Shown here: piece by piece, positions 50,958 through 61,117 of the stretch
How positions within the stretch are numbered: position 1 is the first letter of the stretch
Layout: every line of letters begins with the position of its first letter
Assembly (NCBI GenBank): GCA_963708075.1
Contig: OY970194.1
Coordinates: 7,451,526-7,515,525, forward strand
Length of the DNA stretch: 64,000 nt
Source of the DNA: Sedimentisphaerales bacterium
GTDB taxonomy: Bacteria; Planctomycetota; Phycisphaerae; Sedimentisphaerales; Anaerobacaceae
Reading direction: 5' to 3'
Translations under genes and position numbers: made by a program
Notes under the pieces: generated by a model
What the model was told of the DNA's origin: nothing
What the model saw: the letters and a program-made list of their open reading frames with translations, nothing else
The model's database searches: none

Positions 50958-51587
50958 AAATCCGCAGTGCAAGGACCCCCGACCCCTGTCCAAATTAATG
51001 TTGTGTCCCCGGAACCCCTACGGCCCGTACGTAGACTACCGGCGCCCCGGATTGGGTGACGCCGAATAGATGTTTGGGATTCCCGCGAAAAAATCCCGCG
51101 ACCGTCTTGACAACGGCTTGCTCATAGATGTCCCCGGAACCGCTGAAACATCAAACTTCACACCTCCTTTTTGCCACAGAGGACGCAGAGGACACAGAGC
51201 AGGAATGACCGAAGGGAAGAAGGTAAGAACCACCCCGGCTGGAGACTGGAGACGATCCTCGCTCCGGCGTCCCGCCGGGCCCTCGCCCCACGCCCCCGCA
51301 GCCCCGCCCCTCCCGGCGTCCCGCCGGCCCTTCCCACCTCCCCGCCCATTCCGCTCTCGAATGGCCCTGTCCAGATTAGTATTGTGTTCCCCGAATTCCA
51401 GAGCCGCGTGCGGTGAAAAGACGACCCAAGAAACAGGTTTATCTGAACGAGCCTCGATCCATCGTCAAAGCACGCCTGCTCAACACAACATAGCTCTTAT
51501 GGAAGTGCCATTCAGGTCTGTCCATAGTAAGCCGCCTAGTAAGCCAAGAATTCAGATGCGATTGCCCTGCGGGGAAGGCTTCGTGGC

Positions 51588-51615
51588 TTGACAGGGGCAG
51601 GGGACACCCTATCAT
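51588..51615 (+). promoter_or_regulatory. Putative sigma70 promoter
   Basis: TTGACA-N16-TATCAT upstream of the ORF at 51681. Confidence 0.5.
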
Positions 51616-51680
51616 GGTCCCAAGGTATGGAGATTGCCCGGCAGGTGAGCTATGTGCAGGTTTAAGAGGGGCCCAGTGAG

Positions 51681-54600
51681 ATGGCGGGTACGGTGTTTGA
51701 TTCTCCGATGGATAAATACATCCAGTTCAACTTCCAGCGTTCGGACCACATCGACGCGATGCTGAAAGTTCTGGAAGACCAGACGGGTGAATACCCACGG
51801 ACTGTCGTTCTATTAGGTGAACTAGGAATAGGCCGAGAGTACTTCGTAGAGGCTGTCGGCTATCTCGCACAAGGAAAAGGCGTAAAGGTTCATATTGCCC
51901 CAATCGATCTCGATGGCTACGCAAACGATGGAACAACCCTGGAGGAGTATGCAAATCGCCTGCTTGCCAACCAGACAGAGCGAGACAGGTCAAGAGTCTG
52001 GGAGATCATTAGGGCAACCCAACCTGAGTTGAAGGCAAAAGCACAATTCTGGGTGTGTGCCCTCTTGTCGCTCGAAGTCAGCCTCAAAATCCCCTTAAGG
52101 AAACTCTGGGAAAGCATGCACGATCTTTCGGGTCCCAACCGACCCGGGTATGAGCTGCTGGACCGTCTTATTCATTATCTAACCCAAGATGCCAAGTTGG
52201 TCCTACATGTGCGCGATAACGATCTGTTGACCACCACCTGGCGAAGGTGGCTGAGGGCATGTCTTGATAGACACAGTAACTTGGTGTTGGCATTCTCAAG
52301 TGACTCGGTCCGTAATTTTCGGAGAAGTGATAGCGATATCAAGTTCGCGCCCCTGACATTTGGCCCACACGATCACAAGACGTTTCGGTCGGTTATAGAC
52401 TCCCGATTTGCACCGAACACATTCCCGGATGGCCTCTATGCTGTTCTCTGGCGGTACAGTTCTGGATACCCTGAAGACATGGCAAGAGTCCTTGGGGACT
52501 TAGTGGGCGAGCACCTCGTGCTCTGGGATGGTGAATACTGGCGGCTCGCCGACGAGGGTCTTGAATCGGATCGATTTGCAGGCGTGTTTGCACCTGAGTT
52601 TTATGAGCCATTTGATGCCCTCAGAGAGCAGCTGTCAAGTGACGTAATGAGCCAGTTAGATCAATTCATGTGCTTGGCGGCAATGTGCGGCACGTATGTC
52701 CCATCAAACCTCATCATGGAGTCAACAGGACTTTCGGTAGATGAAAGGGATGTCCTCGGAGACCTGATCGACGATAAGCTCGTCGAGAACACGAACTACC
52801 CGGTGTTTGAGGACCTCCAGGCCGCTCATCCTTCGTTCAACCGCGTGTCCGTATACCGATGGAGGAACAGAACGCTTCGAAGGGTCTTCTTGAAACAATT
52901 ACATGCCGCAGAGCACGCCGAACAGGCAGCAAAGCTCATCGCCTATCTCAAGGTGCATCTGCCCGTCACGACGCGAGGTATTGCGAAGCTCTTTCTTGAA
53001 TTGTCGCGATTCTTGCCGACTGAGGGAGATGGCGAGATCTATCGCAACTCCCTTGCATGGTGGATTGGATTGGATGAGGCTGACTATCTTGCTGAACAAC
53101 TCTCGCACGATGCTGAGGCGGGGAGACTCACCCCTCACACCTTGTGGTCCGTCGTTGTTGCCACAGAACGCACTTGGCCTGCCTACAGGAGATTTGCTGC
53201 TCTAGAGGCTCTGGAAAAACAACGGGGAGGAATACCGCATGAGTTACAGAATTCATTCTATGACGTCAAGGCCGAACTGTTACATCAACTCGCCCGTTAT
53301 CCTGAAGCGGAAGAGATACTCAGAGCAACAGTTGCTAGAAAGGAACGGTCTTTGGGGCCAGATCATCCACACGTGGGCGCGAGCCTCAACAACTTGGCTC
53401 GGCTCCTGATCTGGCAAGGCAAGTACAAGGAAGCCGAACTGCTTTGCAGGAGAGCTTTAGCGATCTTGGAGAAATCGGTGGGGGCGGACCATCCGGATGT
53501 GGCTCTCTGCTTGACTAACTTGGTTCAGCTCCTGAACCATCAAGGTAAGTACAGCGAAGCAGATCCGCTTTGCAGAAGAGCTTTAGCGATCCTTGAGGAA
53601 TCACTGGGGGCGGATCGTCCGTGTGTGGCTATCAACCTGCAAAGTCTGGCCTTCCTCCTTGACAGCCAAGGCAAATACGACGAGGCAGAGCTGTTTTGCA
53701 GGAGATCCCTATCCATCCTTGAAGGGACCCTGGTACCGGATCATCGCGATCTATCCGCCATCCTGACGAGTCTGTCGTTGATCCGAGCCCACCAGGGCAA
53801 GTACGAGGAAGCAGAGTTGCTTTGCAGGAGGGCTGTGGTGATCGTGGAGAACGCGATGGGACAAGATCATCCGGATGTTGGCGGATGCCTGCACAATCTG
53901 GCTCTGCATGTAGACAACCAAGGTAGGTATGAGGAAGCAGAGGCACTTTGCAGGAGAGCTTTGGCGATCTTGGAGAAATCCATGGGGCTGGACCATCCGA
54001 GCGTGAGTGCCAGCCTCGGCAATCTGGCTGCGGTCCTGCACGATCAAGGCAAATACAAGGAAGCAGAGCCACTGCACAGGAGAGCCTTGGCCATCCGGGA
54101 GAAGGCACTTGGGCTGGATCATCCCGATGTGGCCACCAGCCTCGGCAATCTGGCTGCGGTCCTGCGCGATCAGGGCAAGTACGATGAGGCTGAGCCTCTT
54201 GCCAGGAGAGCCTTGGCCATCGGGGAGAAGGCACTTGGGCCGGATCATCCCGATGTGGCTGCCAGCTTGAACAACTTGGCGGAGATCTTGCGCGATCAGG
54301 GCAAGTACGATGAGGCTGAGCCTCTTGCCAGGAGAGCCTTGGCCATCGGGGAGAAGGCACTTGGGCCGGATCATCCCGATGTGGCTGCCAGCTTGAACAA
54401 CTTGGCGGAGATCTTGCGCGATCAGGGCAAGTATGATGAGGCTGAGCCTCTTGCCAGGAGAGCCTTGGCCATCGGGGAGAAGGCACTTGGGCCGGATCAT
54501 CCCGATGTGGCTGCCAGCTTGAACAACTTGGCGGAGATCTTGCGCGATCAGGGCAAGTATGATGAGGCTGAGCCTCTTGCCAGGAGAGCCTTGGCCATCG

Positions 54601-54758
54601 GGGAGAAGGCACTTGGGCCGGATCATCCTCATGTGGCCCTCAGCCTGAACAACCTGGCTCTGGTCTTGCGCGATCAAGGCAAGTACGAAGAAGCAGAGCC
54701 CCTCCACAGGAGAGCCTTAGCTATTCGGGAGAAGGCACGAAAACGACAGGGGAACTAA
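51681..54758 (+). CDS. P-loop-like N-terminal domain + ~12 kinesin-light-chain-type 42-aa TPRs (NLR/STAND-like)
   Basis: 'VVLLGELGIGR' degenerate Walker A; 'SSGYP' GxP-like motif; repeats 'QGKYDEAEPL.RRALAI.EKALGPDHPDVA.SLNNLA'. Confidence 0.85.
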   Translation: MAGTVFDSPMDKYIQFNFQRSDHIDAMLKVLEDQTGEYPRTVVLLGELGIGREYFVEAVGYLAQGKGVKVHIAPIDLDGYANDGTTLEEYANRLLANQTERDRSRVWEIIRATQPELKAKAQFWVCALLSLEVSLKIPLRKLWESMHDLSGPNRPGYELLDRLIHYLTQDAKLVLHVRDNDLLTTTWRRWLRACLDRHSNLVLAFSSDSVRNFRRSDSDIKFAPLTFGPHDHKTFRSVIDSRFAPNTFPDGLYAVLWRYSSGYPEDMARVLGDLVGEHLVLWDGEYWRLADEGLESDRFAGVFAPEFYEPFDALREQLSSDVMSQLDQFMCLAAMCGTYVPSNLIMESTGLSVDERDVLGDLIDDKLVENTNYPVFEDLQAAHPSFNRVSVYRWRNRTLRRVFLKQLHAAEHAEQAAKLIAYLKVHLPVTTRGIAKLFLELSRFLPTEGDGEIYRNSLAWWIGLDEADYLAEQLSHDAEAGRLTPHTLWSVVVATERTWPAYRRFAALEALEKQRGGIPHELQNSFYDVKAELLHQLARYPEAEEILRATVARKERSLGPDHPHVGASLNNLARLLIWQGKYKEAELLCRRALAILEKSVGADHPDVALCLTNLVQLLNHQGKYSEADPLCRRALAILEESLGADRPCVAINLQSLAFLLDSQGKYDEAELFCRRSLSILEGTLVPDHRDLSAILTSLSLIRAHQGKYEEAELLCRRAVVIVENAMGQDHPDVGGCLHNLALHVDNQGRYEEAEALCRRALAILEKSMGLDHPSVSASLGNLAAVLHDQGKYKEAEPLHRRALAIREKALGLDHPDVATSLGNLAAVLRDQGKYDEAEPLARRALAIGEKALGPDHPDVAASLNNLAEILRDQGKYDEAEPLARRALAIGEKALGPDHPDVAASLNNLAEILRDQGKYDEAEPLARRALAIGEKALGPDHPDVAASLNNLAEILRDQGKYDEAEPLARRALAIGEKALGPDHPHVALSLNNLALVLRDQGKYEEAEPLHRRALAIREKARKRQGN
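54164..54667 (+). repeat. Near-identical 126-bp tandem repeats within the TPR gene
   Basis: Unit starts at 54164, 54290, 54416 and 54542. Confidence 0.95.
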
Positions 54759-54905
54759 AGGGGTACGCGGCGAACGGAACGGGTATCAGGTGCTCTTTTC
54801 GGCAAGGAGGGGGGCGGGCGGGGCGCTGAGGGTAACTATGGACAGTCACCTATTATGGACAGAAATAATCGGTGACTCTCACGAATAACGATGGAGGTTT
54901 TGATC

Positions 54906-55118
54906 ATGGACAGGAAGAATGTACTGCGTCTTCTGCTGGCCTTTGTGCTTGGAGTTCTGCTGACTCTGCTGTTGACATCGGGGTCCGGTGATGGACGCTA
55001 TGTTCCCTTCGGCTCGACGGGAGAGCGAATTCTCGACACGCGCACCGGGCGGGTGTATGCCGAGGTGGCAGGAAAACACACGTGGCTCGTCGTGATGCAA
55101 GGAGTCAACAAGAAGTAA
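54906..55118 (+). CDS. Small membrane/exported protein
   Basis: GGAGG RBS; TM helix; 'ILDTRTG'. Confidence 0.65.
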   Translation: MDRKNVLRLLLAFVLGVLLTLLLTSGSGDGRYVPFGSTGERILDTRTGRVYAEVAGKHTWLVVMQGVNKK

Positions 55119-55165
55119 TCCCGGCTCCAGGTGGGTAGCCGAACGAAACGAAAAGAGACGAAAAG

Positions 55166-55230
55166 CAAGATGGGGGGATGAAGTTTGATGTTTGATGTTT
55201 GATGTTTGATGTGAAAAGGGGGGCGGGGCC
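55166..55230. repeat. ~65-bp direct repeat with TTTGATG heptamers (partner 56360..56425)
   Basis: GCAAGATGGGG..TGAAG(TTTGATG)n..TGAAAAGGGGGGCGGGG occurs twice, flanking the antitoxin gene. Confidence 0.8.
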
Positions 55231-55260
55231 AGTTGATTGCGGATTTCGGAATGCGGAGTG

Positions 55261-55376
55261 CGGAATGGGAGGAGCAGTAGTCAGTTGTCGGTTGTCAGTT
55301 CTCGGTTGAAAATCGGCGTTAATCTGCGTTCATCTGCGGTTGCGTTCCCTCTGCGTCCCAGTGTCTCTGCGCGAGA
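55261..55376. repeat. 116-bp inverted repeat, right copy
   Basis: Reverse complement of 50842..50957. Confidence 0.85.
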
Positions 55377-55591
55377 AGCCTTTTCTTTCGCGTGGTTCGC
55401 GTATTTCGCGGTTCAAAGAAGAACCTGGATTCCCGGTCAAGCCGGGAATGACATGGGAGGAATCGGTGTGCGGTGCACACCCTACGAAATCCGTGTCTAT
55501 CCGCGTGAATCCGTGTCAAAAGAAGCGGCTGCCGGTTGTTTGTTGATAGTGGATTGCTGTAAATCTGCGTCAATCGGCGTTAATCTGCGGA

Positions 55592-55636
55592 TCAAAAAGC
55601 CGTTGTTGGCCTCCGGGTGTCGAGCACGATTTTCAT
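55592..55636 (-). pseudogene. PIN/VapC toxin stub (MKIVLDT...)
   Basis: ATGA overlap with the antitoxin stop; the first 7 codons match a PIN N-terminal strand, followed by unrelated sequence and a stop. Confidence 0.65.
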
Positions 55637-55896
55637 CGTCGCTTGCGGACCTCGGAGACCGCGGTCGCAATAGAGGCACGTTTCATGCCTGTGGCTCTGG
55701 CCTGCGACCGGGCTTTGCGGACGAGATGATCGAAGTCCTTCATGGAAGGAGGCCTGACCATCTTGAGGATGACGACATCATCTTCCGCGACAACGATAAA
55801 CTGGGTTCCGGCGTCCAAGCCGAGCTCTCGCCGGACCTCTTCGGGAATCACGACCTGGCCTTTTGACGACATCTTCGTGGTTGCCAGTGATCTCAT
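55633..55896 (-). CDS. AbrB/MazE/SpoVT family antitoxin
   Basis: 'TTKMSSKGQVVIPEEVRRELGL..G'; AAGGAG RBS. Confidence 0.9.
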   Translation of the reverse strand: MRSLATTKMSSKGQVVIPEEVRRELGLDAGTQFIVVAEDDVVILKMVRPPSMKDFDHLVRKARSQARATGMKRASIATAVSEVRKRR

Positions 55897-55913
55897 GGCT
55901 GTCTCCTTGATAG

Positions 55914-55955
55914 TCTTACCAGTAAGATTATACGTACGCCGGGAGTGCTTGTCAA
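55914..55955 (-). promoter_or_regulatory. Consensus sigma70 promoter plus operator palindrome
   Basis: TTGACA-N17-TATAAT (55955..55927) with TCTTAC-CA-GTAAGA (55914..55927). Confidence 0.75.
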
Positions 55956-56017
55956 ATGGGAATTCGGCAGTGGCTTCGAGGGTCGGCCGGCTTTCGGTGG
56001 CGGATTCGGGGCTCCAC

Positions 56018-56120
56018 GTAGGACGAGCGTCCTCGCTCGTCCCTCCTCGGCTGTGGCCTGGCACACTATCGAGTCCGCTGCAAGGGCCCGAACTGGTCGT
56101 GCGGGGACGCACAACCTACG
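56018..56120. repeat. GTAG-type REP doublet (family C)
   Basis: GTAGGACGAGCGTCCTCGCTCGTCC...CCTAC. Related copies at 60676..60779 and 62239..62290. Confidence 0.75.
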
Positions 56121-56697
56121 AAGAGCCTAGCCAATTGCCACCGTATTCCGACCACATCCGGCTTCGAGGGTCGGCCCTTAGGTTAAAGTTTAGCGGCCAT
56201 TGCGGAGCGAGCGGGCAGGATTTCGGATTGCGGATTTCGGATTGCGGAATGACAATCAGGTGCCAGGGGTCGGGGATCAGTGAGAATCCCTTCAGTCCTG
56301 CGGTCTCTGCGTCTCTGCGCGAGATGCTCAGTTCTCAGTTGGCAGATTCCTTCTCTGTGGCAAGATGGGGTATGAAGTTTGATGTTTGATTTTTGATGTT
56401 TGATGTGAAAAGGGGGGCGGGGGCCTCTTGGATTTATGATTTATGATTTGTGATTTGGGATTGGAGGGGGAGGCACGGCGGGGCTGGCAAGATCGGCTGT
56501 TTGACCCTGATGCGGGCGATTGTCATTGCGCTGGTCAGTACTGCCGCCTATGTAGGAGCTATTCTGCTTGCCGCAAAGGAATCGCGACTTCCCGTCGCCG
56601 AGGCCAAGCCGGACGAGCAGCCGGAGACACGGGAGCCGGCCTTGCAAGGCACACTGCTTGCGTAGGAATGACCTGCGGGCCTGATCCATGTGGATGT

Positions 56698-56726
56698 TTG
56701 ACGCGCGTGGCGGCGGGGGCTATAAT
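56698..56726 (+). promoter_or_regulatory. Putative sigma70 promoter of bioY
   Basis: TTGACG-N17-TATAAT. Confidence 0.6.
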
Positions 56727-56822
56727 GTCGAGTCGGATCGTTCAGTCTCCGCCGGTGTCACTGCGGCGGGGCAATGTGAGATTGTGAGAAGGGAAATGGA
56801 ATTTGTCACGGATTGAATCACC

Positions 56823-57446
56823 ATGATTGCTGGAATGACCGTCGCTGATCTTGTTCGACCCTCGGAAAAGGGACTTGGCCGCCTGTATGATGCGGCCGTG
56901 GTGGTGGGCGGCTCGATTGTCATCGCCCTGTGTGCCCAGGTGGCGATAGGGGGGCCGGTGCCGATCACGGGGCAGACGTTCGCAGTTCTGATGATAGCCG
57001 CACTGCTTGGCTCCCGGCGAGCCGTGCTTTGCGTGCTGACCTACCTGGCGGAGGGCCTGGCAGGGTTTCCGGTCTTCGCCCATGGCGGGGCAGGCTTGAG
57101 TGTCCTTCTTGGCCCTCGGGGCGGTTACCTGGTCGGTTTCCTGGCCGTCGCGTACATTGTCGGTTCATTGGCGGAGCGAGGTTGGGACCGCAAGCCTGCG
57201 ACGACGATCCTGGCAATGGTTATGGGTAACCTTGGCCTGTACGTCTGTGGCTTGACGTGGCTGTTCTGCCTGGTCCATATCTTTGCCCAGCCTTTGGGCG
57301 GTCGCGGCGTGCTGGCCATCGGCCTGTACCCGTTCCTTGCCGGCGATGCGGTGAAAATCGCCCTGGCCGCGGTCCTCCTGCCGGCCGGCTGGAAAATCAT
57401 TCGACATTTTGGACTTGATACAAATCCCCCCCGTGCGGTAGAATAG
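56823..57446 (+). CDS. bioY: Biotin transporter BioY
   Basis: 'PVPITGQTFAV', 'G.PVF', 'GP.GGYLVGF' and 'PFL.GD..K'. Confidence 0.93.
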   Translation: MIAGMTVADLVRPSEKGLGRLYDAAVVVGGSIVIALCAQVAIGGPVPITGQTFAVLMIAALLGSRRAVLCVLTYLAEGLAGFPVFAHGGAGLSVLLGPRGGYLVGFLAVAYIVGSLAERGWDRKPATTILAMVMGNLGLYVCGLTWLFCLVHIFAQPLGGRGVLAIGLYPFLAGDAVKIALAAVLLPAGWKIIRHFGLDTNPPRAVE

Positions 57447-57471
57447 CCCCTTGTTCCAGAGTTCTTCAGAC

Positions 57472-57542
57472 TGGGGATTAGTGTAATGGTAGCACAAATG
57501 ACTCTGGATCATTTAGTCAAGGTTCGAATCCTTGATCCCCAG
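57472..57542 (+). tRNA. tRNA-Gln(CUG)
   Basis: Acceptor stem TGGGGAT/ATCCCCA; anticodon arm AATGA-CTCTGGA-TCATT; T-loop GGTTCGAATCC; no encoded CCA. Confidence 0.95.
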
Positions 57543-58456
57543 ATGCTTTTCAGGGGTATTTCGCTGCTGAGCGTCGCGGTTCTCTTCATACACTCTGTCA
57601 TCGTGGCCTGAAGGTCTGCTTCTCGGTTTCTCTCCCCCGGCCCGTACGCCATGCGGCGAGACATGCACGGTTCTCACACACTCGCGAGGCAAAGCCGCCC
57701 GCTGTGCGCGGCACGAAACGAGGGTAAGGGCTTGAAAGGAGCAAGGACATGAAGACGATGAGAGGTGGTGCGATTCTGTTGTGCGTGCTGGCTGTTGCCG
57801 GACATGTCTGGGGCGGGATCGATCCGGTTTTGGGCCAGAATGGGCAGGTCAAGTTCCTGGGGACCGTGGCCGCCGATGAGGCCCACGACGTCATCCCCAT
57901 TTGCTACGGGGATTACCACGTCAGCGTGAATATCGGTGCGATCCTGGAGGACCCAAACAAAGTGCTGAAGGATCTGGACTCGGTTCAGGTGTGCTATGAA
58001 ACCGCACACAACCTCCTGTCCGGCGAGCTCGTCGAAGTATGCGGTCATTACTGGGGCGGCACGTGCCCGAAACAGTACTGCGGGCGTGTGCAGATCATTG
58101 CCAGGACCGATTACATCACACACGCTGCGGGGTACGGCGATAACGACTGGATGGTATCGGGTGATCTGATGTACTCGATTCCCTCGGGCAATGTGGGTCT
58201 TGGGACCAGCCAGCCGGGGGAGAAACTGCACGTGGTCGGGAATATACTCGTGCAGGGTGCGTCGCCCGCCTGGCTCAGACTGATGGGCGAACTGGGGGAC
58301 GACGCGGGGGTCAGCATGACGACGACAGGGGTCGGCGTCAATACGTGGGAGGTCCTGCGGGAGGGCTCTACTTCGAGTTTGGTAATCCGGGAGAGTTTCC
58401 CATATCCGCCGTTCGGGGATGACAGGATGGTTGTCAAGGCCAGGACGGGCAACGTG

Positions 58457-59679
58457 CAGGGCTATCGCATCTAAATGCCAAGGACCTTAAGCAGGTAGTC
58501 TCGGTCCCAGCCGGCTCGGAGGCGTTTGGCGGCGATGCCGCCCTTGGCCGTCTTCTCCTGCTTGAGCAGCATCAGGGCGATTCGACGCAATCGCGAGAAG
58601 TTCTCGGCGGCGTTGGCCACTCGGACTCGACTGGCGTCCTCATGGAAACTCACGTCCAGCGACCAGTGCAACTGGACCTCCACGGACCAGTGATGGCGAA
58701 TCAATGTCCCCAGACGCTGGGCACAGTGTCCCGGATGGGAGCTGATGAAGTAGTGTCGCTTTCGTTCGCACTGGCCGTTGACCTGACGCTCTCGCTCGAT
58801 GGCCGTGAGGCTGCCCAGACCCGGCCAGTCGTGACGCCCTTGCAGCCATCCCACATCGCTGGTAGTCCACACCCGGCGGGTTTCCAGTCGTCCATGGCCT
58901 TTTTCCACGGTTTCCCAGAAGTCCTGCTCGCCGGCAAACCCGTGGGCGATGCCGTCCTCCATGTACATCCGGGCATCCTCGTACAGAGTCCCTTGGTTAG
59001 CCTTGAGGGCCAGCACATAGTCGCCGCCCTGATCGACGATCTGCTCGGCGATCTCCTTTTGACAACCCATGGCGTCAATCGTGATGGTTGCCTCCTCCAC
59101 GTCGAGCAGCTTGAGCAACTCCGGGATCGCGGTGATCTCATTGCTCTTGGCATCGACCGCCCGTTGGCCGAAAGCCACGCAGTTCTCGTGGACCCAGGCA
59201 CTGACCATGTGCAACGGGCCTTTGGCACGGACCCGATCAAAGCTGTTTCGCAGGGTCTTGCCGTCGATGGCGATGTGCTTGCCCCGGCTGCTGCCGGCCA
59301 GATCCGCCACAAACGCCTGCATGACCGCTTCAAACGCATCCGGGTCCAGGGCGGCAAAGACCCGACCAAAGGTATCATGCGATGGAATGCCATTGGGCAG
59401 GTCCAGAAACGTGCCAAACCATTCCTCGTTGACGTTGCCGAACATCTCTACGTCCGTCCAGTGCTCAGCCCCGCAGATCACGGCACAGACGCCAATGACC
59501 AGAATATCCTGTAATTCATGCCGTTTCGTCCGCTCCACGCGAGGATCAGGAACCGCGGCAAAATGATCCCAAATCGACTTGCTCATCAAGAACGTATTCC
59601 TCTCTAATCTGAGTGTCTTGCTTCTGAGAAGAATACGAAACCACACCTACAAAGGCTCAATTTAGATGCGATAGCCCTA
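58457..59679 (-). mobile_element. ISAs1-family insertion sequence
   Basis: 20-bp TIRs (C/T)AGGGCTATCGCATCTAAAT; 10-bp target duplication GGGCAACGTG at 58447-58456 and 59680-59689. Confidence 0.95.
58471..59586 (-). CDS. ISAs1 transposase
   Basis: 'DPR', 'PSHDTF', 'IAIDGK', 'KSNEITAIP', 'IDAMGCQ', 'GHGR.E.R' and 'HW.VE..LHW.LDV.F.ED'. Confidence 0.96.
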   Translation of the reverse strand: MSKSIWDHFAAVPDPRVERTKRHELQDILVIGVCAVICGAEHWTDVEMFGNVNEEWFGTFLDLPNGIPSHDTFGRVFAALDPDAFEAVMQAFVADLAGSSRGKHIAIDGKTLRNSFDRVRAKGPLHMVSAWVHENCVAFGQRAVDAKSNEITAIPELLKLLDVEEATITIDAMGCQKEIAEQIVDQGGDYVLALKANQGTLYEDARMYMEDGIAHGFAGEQDFWETVEKGHGRLETRRVWTTSDVGWLQGRHDWPGLGSLTAIERERQVNGQCERKRHYFISSHPGHCAQRLGTLIRHHWSVEVQLHWSLDVSFHEDASRVRVANAAENFSRLRRIALMLLKQEKTAKGGIAAKRLRAGWDRDYLLKVLGI

Positions 59680-61117
59680 GGGCAACGTGGGCATTTCAAC
59701 CGAAGCGCCCGACGCGAAGCTGCACGTGCTCGGCGACGCGCGGATTGAGGTACCGCCGAGTGCTACGACCAGTACGGCGGATGCGGTGAAGCCGGCTCTG
59801 CGCGTGGTGAAAGAGGGCTCCGGCAGGCAGCTCGCAGCATACTTCAGCAATCCCAAAGATGGGGACGCCGAGGTCGATGTCCAACTTGGCGGCGGCAAGT
59901 CATTGCCCTGGGGATGGAGTCTCAAGGGGGCCAACGGCCTCTTCACAATCAGCAATGTGGCCGTCCTTCCGCCGGCTATCAGTGTGACCAGCACCGGATA
60001 TGTTGGCATCGCCGAGGCCACGCCGGAGTATCGCCTGGAGTTGCCGAACACTGCCAGCGCCGCCGGACAGGGCAGGGCCAACGCCTGGAAAACCTACAGC
60101 TCCCAGCGATGGAAGGTCAACGTCAGCACGATCGATCACGCGATGGACAAGGTCCGCAGCCTGCGGGGTGTATCCTTTGACTGGAGGGACCAGGGCACTC
60201 ACGACATCGGCATGGTTGCCGAGGAGGTCGGTCGCGTCATTCCGGAGGTCGTGGACTACGAGGCCAACGGCACGGATGCCTCTGCGCTCGCCTACGACAG
60301 GTTGGTCGCGGTGCTGGTCGAGGCCCTGAAGGAGCAGGACGCCAGAATCGCCGAGCTGGAGCAGACTGTCGCTCAGAACAAGCGTCTTGAACAGCGGCTG
60401 GAGTCGCTCGAACGCCTGCTGCAGCAGCGGTAGGCTGTTTCCGTCGATGAGCAGGTGCGCCCATAGGTGCAACTGCGCGGATTCTGAGGGTGTGGTCGGA
60501 ATTCGGTGTCGGCGTGTAGCCGCCGTGTGCGGACTGCGCCTCTTTCGTCCCTTAGGGGACTGGCTTTTGTCCTCGGCCCCGGTTCCACAGCGATAAATCG
60601 CTGGGCTATTCTCTATCGCCCTGCGGGCTTGGACTGGGTGTGGTCGGAATATGGTGGCGGTCCACGGCGCTCTTCGTAGGGCGAACGTCCCCGTTCGCCC
60701 CTGGGGAGCACGGGCAGTCGCTCAAACCGTCGTGCGAAGACGCACGACAGAGAGGGACGAGCGAGGACGCTCGTCCTACGGCGAGGCCCCAATCCGGCAC
60801 CGAAAGCCGACCACACTCTTGGACTTGCGCCCCAGTCCTCCTACGTCGGCCCGTCCGCCCCACGGGGGCGATCGACACTAGCCCACCGTTTCAACGGTGG
60901 GTACGATAGTCAATCCTATCTCAAAGCCCCGTAGGGGCGAAAGAAGACTGGGCTGCGCTCTTGTGTCGGGTGGAATCCGAATCCGCCACCGAATGCCGAC
61001 CGCACCCGATTCTGACACAACATCCTCTATCCTCTGGACATCTGTTGTGATTTCTGGCAATGTCTTGCGACGGCATTGTCTCTTTACGCAAGAATAACCG
61101 GTGTGAAGGAATGGCAG

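Larger units (their letters stand above)
57749..60433 (+). pseudogene. Secreted fibre-like protein with GNVGIGT repeats and C-terminal peptidase S74 chaperone domain, interrupted by ISAs1
   Basis: Signal peptide. IS excision restores KARTGNV|GISTEAP (483 aa). 'YSSQRWK', 'LRGVSFDW', 'GMVAEEV..VIPEVV', and a terminal coiled coil. Confidence 0.85.

Noticed and set aside
54164..54667. Diversity-generating retroelement TR/VR pair
   Set aside because: The repeats are tandem coding units without adenine-specific mismatches, and no reverse transcriptase is present.
56450..56665. Small ORF MRAIVIALVS... as a confident gene
   Set aside because: It has a plausible signal-like segment but is short, lies next to heptamer repeats and has no recognisable family, so it was left uncalled.
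57472..60433. Prophage or integrative element at tRNA-Gln
   Set aside because: No integrase, no duplicated tRNA 3' end and no phage structural cluster are seen. The S74 protein has a signal peptide.
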